From: Lytechinus pictus
Taxonomy: Eukaryota
Reading direction: 5' to 3'
NCBI RefSeq assembly: GCF_037042905.1
Contig: NC_087251.1
Coordinates: 32,118,001 to 32,182,000 of the forward strand
Length of the DNA stretch: 64,000 nt
Below the pieces are notes generated by a model. That model searched no databases and had not been told where the DNA came from. It saw only the letters and a program-made list of their open reading frames with translations. Both the position numbers and the translations under genes were made by a program. Within the stretch, counting starts at the first letter, position 1; each line of letters begins with the position of its first letter. Below are positions 50,193 to 63,735 of this stretch, one piece after another.

Positions 50193-51114
50193 TCGTCGGG
50201 TCAATATATGGGTTAACCCCAAACAAATTGCAACGAAAGGTTTTTCATCTGTTTCTGGTATTATTGACCTCAGGAATAACATACTAAAAATCTACTGAAA
50301 TCCGCATCCGGGAAAGTGGTTATTTTCAAGATGATGTCCAAGATGGCCGCTATTTGCTGAAAATGGACATAACTCCCTCGTTTTCCACCCTAGACATCCT
50401 ATTTCAATGCATACTCCATGGTCTAGGTGGTAAAATATTTATTAATATAGGTTTTAGAGTAAACATAAGCACTCCAGGGTACCTGGAAAATCCAAGATGG
50501 CGTCGAAAATGACCGCTTTAGCATAAAATTCCACAATTCATCTATTACTTATTTAAGTGGCCTTAATTTTGTTTCTATTCAATGATTCTATGGGTCAAGT
50601 AGTAAATTGGGACAAGTTACTAGGGCAGTCTGTTGTCTGGTATCTCCAAAGATCCAAGATGGCTTCTAAAAATAGAGTCTAAAATGGCCGTTGATACTTA
50701 CAAATGGAAATAGCTCATTTCATATCTGCCTTGGACCACTGACTAACCAAATTAAAGCCACTTAAGTAAGTAATAGATGAAGTGTGGGTTTTTAGCCTAC
50801 GGCAGCCATTTTTGACGCCATCTTGGATTTTCCAGGTACCCTGGAGTGCTTATGTCACTCTTACCTGTATTAAAATATCTTTTTACCCCCTAGACCACAG
50901 AATAAGCCCTAAAATAAGATGTCTAGGGTGGATAATAACTGAATGACAGCCACATTGGATGCCATGTTGAAAATAACCACTTTCCAGGATGTGGATTTTG
51001 GTAGATTGTTAATATGTTGTTCCTAAGGTCAAATAGTACTAAAAACTGTTGAAAAACCTTTTGTTGCAATTTGTTTGGGGTAGAGGTATTTTTGGTTGTA
51101 TATTGACCCGTCTA
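50193..51114. mobile_element. Foldback element with long TIRs (Academ-like)
   Basis: Arms of more than 300 bp pair (e.g. ccccaaacaaattgcaac/gttgcaatttgtttgggg and agcactccagggtacctggaaaatccaagatggcgtc with its reverse complement); right end CTA; 3-bp TSD TAA. Confidence 0.8.
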
Positions 51115-54100
51115 TAATAAATGTACAGGAATTATTGGCTGTTATCCGCTGATTCAGTATCTTCCTAGATGAAGAAAAATTCACTGTAAGTTTTTCCAAG
51201 ACTTTATACCAGAAATTATTTCAATCCATTGTAGATAAAAAGCATCTTCACATCAGGCTTTTTCGAATTGGAAATGTATCTTATATTGATGACAATTTCT
51301 ACACATGTTTAAGACCAATCTATAAAGTGATTTGTACTGGGTTTTTAGGGACGCCCTGTTGAAAAAAAAAATCATTATATTGTTTTTCTGTTTGATTTGT
51401 AACAAAGAGTATACCTGAAATATGTATTCCTTGGGCATTATGTTGTATATATACTTCTATACCATACACTTTGCATTGAGATTATAGATTTATTAGGAAT
51501 AATTGTGTGTTAAATAGATATGAAATTAAGTAATATTTAACAAAAAAAGCTTAAAAATAACATATTTAAAAAAAGAAAACTGTTTCTTGTTAAAAAGGGT
51601 GTTAAATATAGTAAATAATAGCAAGGGAAAAAGAACACCAAACATTGTGTGTATATTGTTAACTCCCCTTTTATCATTAATGTAAATATTTTGATTTTTT
51701 GAGAGACATTCTTATCCTAGGTTATTTTTGTTTTGTTTTGTTTTCCCCCAAGTCATATTGAACACATTGAATATTATATATATATATATATATATAATAT
51801 TCAATGTGTTCAATATGAACATATATATATATATATATAGTTATATATATATTCAAACATGATGATGAAATTGACTTTGGCAAAATGTAAGGTATGAAAG
51901 AATAGAGGACAGAGATCCTGTAAAAGTCAGATCTTGCAGAAATACTGTAACACAAATTCAGTATTGATGCCTGGTGCCACAAGCAACAAGTGAAAATCGG
52001 CATATCGATACTTGTGAATAATCAGTTGCAAGTGAGTTTGGGTTGCTTGACTAAGACTTGCTCCTGCTTTTACCAAATGCAAAGGAATGATAGCACAAGA
52101 GTTCAATGCTGTGCACCAGGTATGAACTTCTAAATTGTGGCGGGGAAAAAATCTGCACCTGGCGAAAACACTATAATTGCACATTTACCAGTTTTTGACA
52201 CTTGGAGCTTGCACTAAAAAAAAAATCACCCCTTTCAAAATTTAGCACCTGTGATTTCTTTGGTTGCTCATCAAACTACTCTGTCTTATCCTATTTTTGC
52301 TTCCTTTTATCTCTCCCATCTATCTTCACTTTCCCTTTTCCCTTTCCTGCACCCACTTAAAAGGGCCCCTGGGTCACTTGCTGCCCTCCTTCGCTTGCCT
52401 AGATACGCCACCCTGGTAAAAGTATATTAAAGCCGTCAAATAATTGCTCATGTATTCCTGAGGAGAGATTCCATGTTAATGAAAATCCTGTCATAAACAA
52501 AGAGATTCCGTATCCCCAAAAGATTATTTTATCCAAATAATTTATGTGATTAATTTATATGCTTTGATTATTAAAAAGTTTTCCTTTTTTTTTTGCTGTG
52601 ATGTAAAAGTCCATTTGTGTAAATGTATAGTACCACTGCAATGAATGAATCCAGATGTCTATAAAGTTGTAACCTTACAAGAGTTGCAGTAAAATTCATG
52701 AATTTCAATGCCAAGAGCTGTCCAATAAATATTCGGGTATAAATTCACATGTTAGTTTAATTTAAAAGGTATCATGCAATGAATGTTATTTCAACTCATG
52801 GAGGATATAACAGCCATATGATATAATATATATTGGAGGTTTAACTTGTGTGACTGACTTTGTGAAAATCTAGCCTTAAGGTGTTTGTTTTCAAAAAAGA
52901 AAATGAAATAAAAGTATCATATATGTAGAACGAGATCTCGGCGGGAATTTCATAAAGCTTTTTGTATTTAAAAAGTAACAAGCGACTTTACGAACGAATG
53001 GTGAACCTTTCTTAGGAACTAAATCAAAACTTCCTTTTACAAGCCTTCTGAACATGTTTCATTTTGAAAATTTGAAATTATTTTTGATTAAAATAAAATC
53101 AAATTCATGATAATAGGGTTGTGTAAGTGACAATTTTGCTTCTGGTGGTGCTCACTGAAGCATGACAGAATATTTCTGTAATATTCACTAAGAGGGTAGC
53201 TTATATATATAAGTACCTACTTGTGAATTTTGAAAAAAATTTGAATACAGGTCAGTGTTTCCACTCTTCTGGAAATTTCTGGTAATTTTGACTTTTTCCA
53301 GGAAAGGTTCGGGAAATGAAATAATTTTAGGAAATCAAAAATTACATTTAAATAACAATTAAACGTAGCAAAAATTGTTTACCTCCATATGTAGCTCAAA
53401 ATTTTACGCTTGCGCTCCGCGCTCGCATTTTGTTCCCATTTTTGAAGAATGGGTGAACAAAAAAATGCTAAATATCTTGATTTTGGACACCTGGACAAAA
53501 TTTAGGCTCGCTGTATTATTGCCCGATTAAAAAAAAATCAAACTTGAAAATCCAGGAAATATCTATGAATTTCAGGAAAATTGGGATTCAGTTTTGGGAA
53601 ATTCATTCTGGATCTTTTGAAACACTGACACAGGTTCAGAAATTATGAATGTTTGTTTAGGGGTATCTTACTTTTTTGTTGAGTATATATCGCATTGTAA
53701 CATTACAAAATTAAAACTTAACAAAGAATCAAGAACTCAATATGGTATTTTGTCAGATGTGTTTTTTATGTTCTATATAAATCCAAATTTACATAACGGT
53801 GAATTTCTCCTTTAATCTCCATAAATATTACCAGGCATATTCTGTATATCAGATTTATGTAGAAAGTGGATTGTATTGTAACCATAGTATGTATAAATGT
53901 TATGGACAAAGTTGTATTGTTCAAAGAAGTTTGGTCTTTCTCTTACAAAACTTTATTAATTGCACAGAAAATACCATGATTCTATATAATACCATGTGCA
54001 GAGGTTTTTTTGTGAATTATATATTATTGCTGTATACATGGAAATTCATTCAAAAGAAAAGCAAATCAATAGAGACACTTGCTTGCGTCATGTACCAAAC

Positions 54101-54203
54101 TATTTAAAAATTGTAACATGAATTCTCTGTTTCGTTCGTTATCAATGAGCTTATGAAGAGAGTGTTCACATGTTTTGAAAATGAGAAAACTGATCATTAT
54201 TAA

Positions 54204-54808
54204 AGGACAAGTCCACCCCAACAAAATGTTGATTTGAGAAAAAGGAAAAAAATCCAACAAGCAAAACACTGAAAATTTCATCAAAATTGGATGTAAAATA
54301 AGACAGTTATGACATTTTAAAGTTTCGCTTAATTTCACAAAACAGTTATATGCACATCCTGGTCGGTATGCAAATTGGCAGACTGATGACGTCAACCTCT
54401 CACTATTTCTTTTGTATTTTATTATATGAAATATCAAATATTCTAATTTTCTCCTCCTCATCAAATGAAACAAAGTTTTATTTCTCCCTGAACATGTGGA
54501 ATTACCATTAATTTAACATTTTATGGTTAAATTAAGTTGATCCTTATTGTCAAATCTGTAAAAATTGAAATATTGTATTATTCAAACAATAAAAAACAAA
54601 AGAAATAGTGAGTGATGGACATCATCGACTCTCTCATTTGCATATCGCTGAGTTGTGCATTGAACTGTTTTGTGAAAAATAAGCGAAACTCCAAAAATGT
54701 CATAACTTTCTTATTTTACATCCGATTTCGATGAAATTTGCAGCGTTATTTTTGTTAGATTTTTCTCTATCAATTCAAATCAACAATTTTCTGGGGTGGA
54801 CTTGACCT
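54204..54808. mobile_element. Kolobok-like MITE (copy 2)
   Basis: TTAA|AGGACAAGTCCACCCC ... GGGGTGGACTTGACCT|TTAA. Confidence 0.9.
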
Positions 54809-55836
54809 TTAAACACTTGCAAACATGCATCCTACAATCAAGGTTTTGTGAGATTTGTTTTTTTTTGTTCAAGCAGCATTATTGAAAATAGAATAATTTT
54901 TTTATGTTAAATGGTGATTTTTTTTTAATTTCAATTTCACAATCAATACTTTCAAATTCTTTGTGCATGACTAGTGCACATTCATTACACTGAATTCAGC
55001 AAAATTTGGAAATTAGTTTGAGCAAGCTTGTATCCGAGCACTCTCTGATAAATGTTTCAATCAACCTACCGGGTTAGTTAACACAGGTTTATCAACTTTT
55101 GGTTAAGAAAAATATCCATAACTAGTATGCAATTTCCTTTAAACCAACAGTTGGCAGGTTATTATGCTAACCAACCTAATATTTTTTTCTCAGAGCGTAG
55201 CTATACAGATGACTATGTATAATTAATGACTAAAGAAATCATTGTAATTAGTCTTTAGTGGGACAGGAAAGCAGGATTCAAATAAAAATGCCAAAAGAAA
55301 GACAAAATTGTCTTTTCTTCCTTGAAAGAAGTTTTGACTGTTGAAATTACATTTGAGAGGATGGGCTAGTGATTAAATTCTCTTGAAAACAATGTCTACT
55401 TTAATTATGGAAAAGAAAAAAAAAACATCTCCCCGTGGCCCGGGGGGGGGGGGGGGGCACTCAAGGTAGACAATGCATGCTCATACACAAAAGCAAGTAA
55501 AAGGCTTGTTTTTCATGTCTGGTGATGAAAAAGACAGCAAAAAGGGTGTAAAATACTAGCAGCCAAAATCATGCACAGAAAATGTGTATATTTATTTGTC
55601 AACCCTCAAAGTTCATCCTATCATGAAAATAAAATATTTAAGGCTTTTGGGTTGGGAAAGTCCAAGTAGGAGTATATTTTCCACTTTGCCTGCTCTAAAT
55701 TGTCTTCATTGTGATAGTGAAAGGGAGGAGACTAAGAAAGAGAGACTGAGTTAAAGTGTGAATGAGAAAGGAGGAGGGAGATGGGTGAGGGGAAAGATAG
55801 GGATGGAGGGAGGGAGAAAAAGGACAGGGGGTATGT

Positions 55837-56058
55837 GAGCCTAGAATCTAGGCGGAGGCTGCAGTTATTGTCTTTTATGCTGAACACAATTAGAGATACG
55901 TCTGATCTGGCGAAGACTACGCATTTGTGGATACGAACACAAGAGATACGTCTGATCTGGCGAAGACTACGCATTTGTGGATACGAACGCAAGAGATACG
56001 TCTGATCTGGCGAAGACTACGCATTAGTGGATGCTTTGAATGCCTAGATTCTAGGCTA
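55837..56058. mobile_element. Mutator-like MITE with internal 50-bp tandem repeats
   Basis: TIRs AGCCTAGAATCTAGGC and GCCTAGATTCTAGGCT; 9-bp TSD GGGGTATGT (55828-55836, 56059-56067); 50-bp units start at 55892, 55942 and 55992. Confidence 0.85.
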
Positions 56059-57216
56059 GGGGTATGTAGGTTTACATCAAATTATTATTTTGAGTTTGAT
56101 ACTCATTCCATGAGAAAACTTAAAGATGCCCTGTAAAAAAAAAAACATGACAAGTCAAGTGTGGTATGTGGAATTATGTTTTTCAGTTTTTAAAGTACAC
56201 CTATACATTTCTACAGGTACTAGTAGTTATAGAACATATTATTATCCAAATAAATTTTTGTCTACTGTGATTGCTATTTTTTTAAAGATGAATATTGACT
56301 ATGGTTATGCGAATTTGAATTCTTTAAATACTTATAGTTTGTTTTATCTAAGTGAAAGCTTATTACACTCAAAACACAGTTTTGGCTATTCATGATTGAT
56401 TGTATCTGCTAAAGTAAGTGTGATTTTTTTGTGTGTGTTGTCTGCAAATAATACAGATGATAAACAAAGGCTTTAGAGTAGTCAAATCTTTAATAGGCCT
56501 ATATTAGGAAAAGCAGTTGCGATAGACTCAAATAAACTCTAATTGTGAAATGTTCAAAATGAACTCAAATTGCGATTGATCAAAATTTGTGAAGTGAATC
56601 AAAATTTGATTTTGATTTGCATCTCTTAGTAGACCAGAGAGTTATATTTTATTTTACGTTATTATGCATGCACAGTATTATATCTCTTTATGTTGTAGAC
56701 AAGATTTCTTCTTGAACTTAAACTTAAACTTTATTGAAAGAACACCTTTTTGGCCCTGTTGGGGCAAATAAAGGCTTAAACATATTACATGTACATGTAT
56801 AAAGGTTTAACAATAACATATTTAAAATTATTATACAGGATATAACATATATACTGGTGCCATCATTGCGAGGGCAATGATTTACAAAATCTGTAACACT
56901 GTATTGTTTCCAACAATAGATGGCGCTCAACTATTTTTTTGACCGTTCGCGTTTTGATAACCAAAAAAGGAAATGTCTTTTGAACGCCGCTCTTCAATGT
57001 AGTGATGATATTGATCCAAATGCAGTGGTGTATCTCGGGGCAAGGGGGGCACGTGCAACGTGCGCCACTTTCAGGGGGCGCAAAAAGGGGGAAAGGGACG
57101 CAATTAAAGAAAGGGAGTGAAGAAAAATGGCAAAAGAATAAGGGTTTATTTAGAAAAGGAATACTACTAAGGCCTTTGCTCGGGCCTTTGCTATTACCCT
57201 GGAAATAAAGTTTCCT

Positions 57217-57445
57217 TATAATAATATAGGTATATTTACCCAGGGAAGCCGCTTCAGATCTGAAAACTGTTCTCCCAGCAGGCCCTGCTATTATTATTAC
57301 CCCGGCTTTAGCTGGGCTGCCTAGGCGCTCAAAGCATTCAATGAATTTCTTCCTACCGGGTACCCATTGACCTCACCTGGGTTGAGTGCAGCACAGTGTG
57401 GATAAATTTCTTGCTGAAGGAAATTACGCCATGCATGGCTGGGAT
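57217..57445 (-). mobile_element. SINE (5'-truncated) with (ATT)n tail
   Basis: Core shared with 40046-40290; the tail segment ataataatataggtatatttacccaggg...ggccctgctattattatta is also present at 8818-8905. Confidence 0.75.
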
Positions 57446-57539
57446 ATTATATCTGGGATATCATATCCTTCTTGCATATGTCTTTACCCCAGGGATTCGT
57501 GCCAAATTTTGATTAGTGATATATTATCTTCAAGAATTC

Positions 57540-58595
57540 TAACAAACGGTCTTTAAAATATTCCTTTTTAAAGACTTGTTATATGATTTTTAAGCCTAAG
57601 AATAAGACTGTTGAAGTAAATGAATTGGAAGTATATATGCATAATTACAAACTCAAGAAAGTAACCCAGACTACATTTTTAGGTTTAGTCATAGATGATA
57701 AATTAAGTTGGAAATAACATGTTAATGATACTTGCTGTAAAATGTCAAAATCGATTGGTGCAATGTATCGTCTTAAACAATTTATACCAAAACAAATACT
57801 GTTAACTTTATATAATACTATGGTATTGCCTTACACTACTTACTGTAACATTTTATGGGGCCATTGTGCCAAATATTTGACCAAAAGAATAATTATACTC
57901 CAAAAACGTGCAATCAGAATTATAAGTAATACTCATCCTCTTTCACCAACTGCTCCTCTTTTTTATCAAAATAGAATTTTGAGAGTATATAACAGAAATA
58001 TGTGAAATCCAAACAGCAAGTTTTATGTTTCTATACTTCAAAAAATCTCTGCCTGACACTTTCAATGATATATTTTTATCTGACAACTTGACCCGCAGAT
58101 ATGAAACTAGGTCATCTATTACATGTAGTATGCGTCTCCCTTTATTTAGATATAACTTTTCTCATACAACTATAAAATATTCAGGACCTAAATGTTGGAA
58201 CAGTGTACCAAAGAACTTGAAAGCTTGTAACACACTTGCATCATTTAAACGTAATTATAAATTTTTTATTCTGAAAAGATTCACATTTACAACTTAGAAT
58301 GCCTGCTTAGGGGGGGGGGGGGGTTCTTTCTTTTAAGTATTTATTTGTGATTGTTTTTATTTTTGTTTTTGTCTTTGTTTATATCTATCTTTTTTAACCA
58401 TATATGACCCTGGGAGCAACCTCGATAGGTATTTGACCTTTGTTGCTCCCCCACATTCTAGACATATATTACTATTTTTTTTTTGGTTCATTTTTCTGCT
58501 TTGTATTCTGATGTATTATGTAAGTTTTCTATGTGTCTTTGACATCTTTTTATGTATACGAATGTGGAAATAAATTTTTATGAACTTATGAACTT
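57540..58595 (+). pseudogene. CR1/L2-group (Crack/Daphne-like) LINE 3' fragment
   Basis: KTCYMIF...FLGLVIDDKLSWK*HV...LLTLYNTMVLPYTTYCNILWG...LQKRAIRII...YSGPKCWNSVP; contains a stop and a frameshift; 3' end AATAAA followed by a (TATGAACT)2 tail. Confidence 0.85.
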
Positions 58596-58864
58596 AAAAG
58601 TACGCAAATATAACTTTTCATCTCTAGCTGCGTTTCCATTTGGATTCGTTACTCTTCATTTACTCCTACACACAGGTCTAAAACACTTATTTTTTTCTGA
58701 TTTAAATGTCAAAACTTTTTTTCACGCGCTGCTTTGATAAGGGAGATACAAATCTTCTTCATCATTTTTGTTTACAACAATCATATGAATACATATGGAT
58801 ACATATGAAAACAAAAAACAGCTCGCTCTTCGCGCTCGAAATACGCCGGTGAGATACGTACCGG

Positions 58865-59070
58865 CATAGGCGGCGGAAGCGGGGGGACGTGTCCCCCCCT
58901 AAATTTTAGGTGGGGGGACGACCCCCCTAAATTTTTTTCTTTTTTTGCTTGTCAATTTTTTTTCCTGCGTCCCCTCCCCCTATAATTTGTGGGTTTTTTT
59001 TTTTTTTTTTTTGCTAGTCAAAAAATTGTGTGGTGGTCCCCCCTAAAATCTTTGGCTTCCGCCGCCAATG
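58865..59070. mobile_element. hAT-like MITE (nested)
   Basis: CATAGGCGGCGGAAGC and GCTTCCGCCGCCAATG; perfect 8-bp TSD CGTACCGG. Confidence 0.9.
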
Positions 59071-60349
59071 CGTACCGGTAGGTCTATCCTTTTCATGAAT
59101 TCCAACAAATAATCTTTAAAATTGTCCCCTTTCAGGTAAGTATTCAGCTCACCCTTCGTGCTTGCATTATTGCTTAGTTAGATCCGCATCATGTGATTAC
59201 TTCTTTCTAAAATGTTTCGATTTCAGGTATCAAAAAATAAATAAACAAACAAATATCAACAATTTTTCAGCTCGCGCTCGCATTATTGTTGAGATTATAA
59301 TTATGCATTATGTTAATGATTACAAAAAGTCTTCAGAATATTCAAGCACGCTCATAATATGTCGATTTATTTAGTTAGATACCTATCATCTTTCTGAATT
59401 TCTGAAAAGGGTATTTTAAATTACCCTTTTCAGGACAGTCTGAATATCAATAATTTTCAGCTCGCGCTTCGCGCTCGCATTCAATATTAAGTTGGATACG
59501 CATCGTGTTAATGATTACAAAAAAATGAATATTAACGTCTTAATATTGAAAAAAAATATTCGTACTCGCATTTATATTATATACAACACACTTTGAAAGG
59601 GTCTCGTTTTAGCACTTGGGCCTGGGTGCCGTTGGTTCTAGACTACGCCACTGTCCAAATTAAAATCATTGCTTTGTTTTTCAGGAATGGTGTTGGGATC
59701 GCGGAAACGGAGTCCGATGGAGAGGGGGGGGGGGGGATCCCCACTTTTTCAATAAACGTGTACACAATTGTAAAGATTGCAATGGTCAACCCCCCTCTTT
59801 TTTTCCAAAACCGTTTACAAACACAAATAAGCCCCATTAAATTTTAAGTCCAGTTTCATAAAGACTGGTTATAACTTAATAACAAAAGGACCATTTCTAT
59901 AAAAAATGCTATCGAACAATCAATCAAACTGATATAGCCTTTAACTGTTATTGGAAATATATGTTATTGAAACTAGTTTAATTATTATTTTTATTATTTA
60001 TGATTTTTTTTTTGCCTAGTCCGCGCCCCTCCCCACCTAAAACCGTTCCGGATCCGCGGCCCCTTTTGGGGTGTCCTATTGTTGTTGATGCTGTTGTTGT
60101 TTTTCTATGTGCACCTGTACGTCTGGCGCTCCACCAGACCTAGGTATGTTATTCCTTGCTTTCAGATACGTGGTTATAATTCTATATATTCCAGTTAGAC
60201 GTGAGATGTGTAGGTCGCAACCGGGGTATATAGGACCATGTTCCAACTGAATATCTAATATCATTTATTGGGATGATGGACTGATACCCGGGGCTGATAT
60301 CTCTGATTCCAATTCTCTCTTTTCCTTCCCGTTCATCAATTAACTCAGT

Positions 60350-61855
60350 CAGTGGCGTAACTACGGGGGGGCATGGGGGGGGCACGTGCCCCCCCAATCG
60401 GCTGGCAAAAAAAAAAAAAAAAAACGGGAGAAAAGGGAGAAAAAGAGGGAGAAGAATTTATTGTACATTATAATGTTATATTATATTATATGTTGTGTTA
60501 TATTACATAAGAATTATTTTTTTCATTACTTTATGAAACATAATGTGCTCAGGGCCTATTTGTTCATTATTCCTGGTACTAGCATTGTCTGTTTAACGAG
60601 ATATACATGTACAATCATGTTGTACCAAAACGTCCTGTTTTCAAGTCAATATGCACCAAATATATATCATCGCACTTCAAGTTATTATTGTTTTATGTAG
60701 TGACATATGCTTCTTTTCATGACTACTTAAAGTGATAGCCCCATTTTAAGGTCTGTATATAAAAAAAATCCTTGTTCGTGTTCGTGCTTACGTTCGAATT
60801 AGTGGATTGATGAGATTTGTCTGCTCTTCATGAATTCCCTGAAATCGGTCCTTAAAATGTCTCTTTTTCTAATGTAAATATCAAAAATTTTCAGCTCGCG
60901 CTTCGCGCTCGCATCATTTGTTTAGTGAAATACGTATGGTCATAGTAGATTCCTACAAACAAGCCTTAGAATGCCCCTCTTCAGATCTGAATTTCCTATA
61001 TTTTCAGCTCTCACTTTGCGCTACTGAGATGCGTATGATAATCATGATTACTATGACTACAAAAAGCTCTTCATGTGTTTGAATGTGATTCTAACAAAAT
61101 CAGCAATCGCTTGGCACTCGCATTGGATGACTATGGTGAGATATGTATACTCTTAATGGATTAAAAAAAAGAAATAGTCCTTAAAATGTCCCTGTTTGGG
61201 GTCAATATATACAAAAATTTTCAGCTCGCGCTTCGCGCTCGCATCATTTTGTACGTGAAGTACGTATGGTCTTCATAAATTCCTACAAACAAGCCTTAGA
61301 ATGCTTCTCTTCAGGTCTGAATTTCCTAAATTTTTAGCTCGCGCTTTGCGCTCGCAATATTTGATTAGTGAGATGCGTATTCTAATCATGATTACAATGA
61401 CTACAAAAGGTGTTTCATGTTTTCTAACAAAATCAGCAAGCGCTTGGCACTCAAATTAGATGAGTATGGTGAGATATGTATTCTCTTATTTGATTTCTAA
61501 AAGATAATCCTTAAACTGTCTCTGTTTGGGGTCAATAAATACAAAAATTTCAGCTCGCGCTTCGCGCTCGCATTGTTTGTTTAGCGAGACAGATACGTAT
61601 TTTTTTTTTTATTTAATAGCTTATTTTGACCCTTTTTAGGTATGAATTTCAAAAATTTTCAGCTCGCGCTTCGCGCTCGCATCATTTGATCAGTGAGATA
61701 CATTACATATCCGTTTAATGGCACAGTCCTTAAAATGTCTCTATATAAGGTCAATAGGCCTATAGCTGGTAATTGAGCGCGCTTTGCGCGCTCACTGAGC
61801 GACTCAAAATTTTTGCTGGTGCCCCCCCAATGCCGTGACCCACGGTACGCCACTG
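60350..61855. mobile_element. hAT-like non-autonomous element with a ~110-bp (higher-order ~330-bp) internal array
   Basis: CAGTGGCGTAAC ... GGTACGCCACTG; perfect 8-bp TSD AACTCAGT; repeated aaaattttcagctcgcgcttcgcgctcgca. Confidence 0.9.
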
Positions 61856-62389
61856 AACTCAGTCGAATAACTCATTTTTAGTGCAGCTGGATGCAACTTG
61901 ATTATGTCTACTACACTCTAAAAATATTGGGTAAAAATGCTCCATGAGGGTAATTATGTGTCCAACAAACATTGGGCATTTCTTTTGGGCATTTTTATTT
62001 ATCCTGTGTGATGAAAATTTTGCCCATTCTAAAGAAATTACTGCCTTTTTGTTTGACCTTACTAGACAATATGCTTTCCGCATTGCTGGGCCTGCCCCAA
62101 ATTGGTAGGGACACAAATTACCCTCGTTCTGGTTAAAATTTCACCCAATATTTTTTACAATGGAGTCACAGCTGACGTATATTCTAGTCAGAAATAATCC
62201 TGTTCTAGTAAAATATGGCTAGAAAATATAATCAACCATGACTAGAATAACGGTTACACCCAGCTACATATGACCCGATTAACTAGTCATTTTGACTGAT
62301 TGGTTTTGAGATCGTAAAGATCAATAAAATGTCATTTCCTTAAAAAAAATGAAAATGGTTTTTCTTCAGTATAACAATAGACAAATCAC

Positions 62390-62423
<34 letters not shown>

Positions 62424-63249
62424 TATAAGAATAAAAAATAATAATCACGAACCCTTGAAAATATAATATTTATGCATTTTATAATACTAGTATAGTGGGG
62501 CAGCTGCTCGTTATGACGTCACAAATAAGAATAACTTTCTTAATCTTTGATGGATTTTTCCTCAAAACTTCACTCGTGTTTTTTTTTTATTTTCTGCAAT
62601 TTTTTACAACAAACTTTTCGTCAGGGAACTTCCCCTTTAAGAAAATATACTAATGGATATCTATGTGATTGGGCCAATGCGTCTAGTGATCGAGGATGGA
62701 GTCGGATGGATTATGTAGGCCTACTTACTTGCGCGTGCCTTTATATGCAATGATAAATACATCAATAATTAATTATTCTTCATTGTTGTACATGCCCAAT
62801 TATGTAACAAGTTCAGTTTGATCAATCTTTGTCTTAGCCCCGGGTCTTATTATGTTCGTCTTAGCCGCTATAGGCTTACAACCATACATAATTTTATTAA
62901 CTTTCAACTGAATTTCATATCGGATGAACTTGAACTTGATTTTGTTTGTTAATAGGACTCAGAAGATGTAGGCCTATGTTTACATATGTTAGGACAACGA
63001 GCCCATCTGTCAATTATAATAGATGGTTGTTATTTTCTCTTTTTTTATCCCAGGTTGATCATATCCGAGCTTTGTCTTAATTTCTTCCTTTACATGCCTG
63101 TTCAAAGTCAATAGGCCTAAATTAATAAATAAATGTGTGAGTAAGAAATTAAAACAAACAAATATCCTCGATCCCTTTCACTTTTCGTCCGCTTTTCGTA
63201 GAAAATCACAACATCGCTGTACATAGCAGGATGATAGGACCATGAGTTT

Positions 63250-63411
63250 TTCACGTGATCAATGTCTCTTCACACACCACTTCACCGACGATCAACGATG
63301 ACGTAGACGCCACCACAATGAATTCGAATAATAGAATGGTATTCAATCAGGCGCGCGGTTTCCGAGAGCAGGGCGCGAAATGAGAAAAGCATTTTGTCTA
63401 CTATACTACCG
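63250..63411 (+). promoter_or_regulatory. Candidate promoter and non-coding first exon of the MTHFD1-like gene
   Basis: CpG-rich; E-box TCACGTGA 63251-63258; TGACGT 63299; E2F-type GCGCGAAA 63373-63380; donor CCG|GTATGT at 63412; acceptor ctcttgccAG ending at 63680. Confidence 0.5.
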
Positions 63412-63735
63412 GTATGTTTTCATTCATTCTAATTCTCTCTCCGATCCCGCGCTCATATGTATGCTCTCATCCTAAATACACAGTCTCGACGATCATCTTG
63501 TGACGGTTTTCGGATTTCTTACCATGTCAGCAAAAACTTTTCATTCTATTTTATGATATTCTTTTGACTATTCAAGGCTTGTATTCATTGTGATCATGTT
63601 TTTCATCCGCAGACAGTGATAAATCGAGATATTTGGTATTTTATCCAGCCTACATCCAGTTTTTTGTCTTCTCTTGCCAGCCGAGCACGTTGTGAAGCAG
63701 CGCCCTCGATCGTCAGCAGCTGATCATCTCAAAGC

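Larger units (their letters stand above)
57023..59653. mobile_element. hAT-like non-autonomous element hosting a SINE, a LINE fragment and a second hAT MITE
   Basis: CAGTGGTGTATCT ... AGACTACGCCACTG; flanks TCCAAATG and TCCAAATT (7/8 match); gctcgcgcttcgcgctcgc motifs in the right half. Confidence 0.7.

Noticed and set aside
55892..56033. CRISPR-like repeat array
   Set aside because: The units are contiguous near-identical 50-mers with no unique spacers, lie inside a TIR/TSD-bounded MITE in a eukaryotic genome, and no cas genes are present.
62624..62635. kB-like GGGAACTTCCCC
   Set aside because: It is part of a Kolobok-type terminus (...CCCCT|TTAA, compare about 2237-2258), so it was not counted as a regulatory site.
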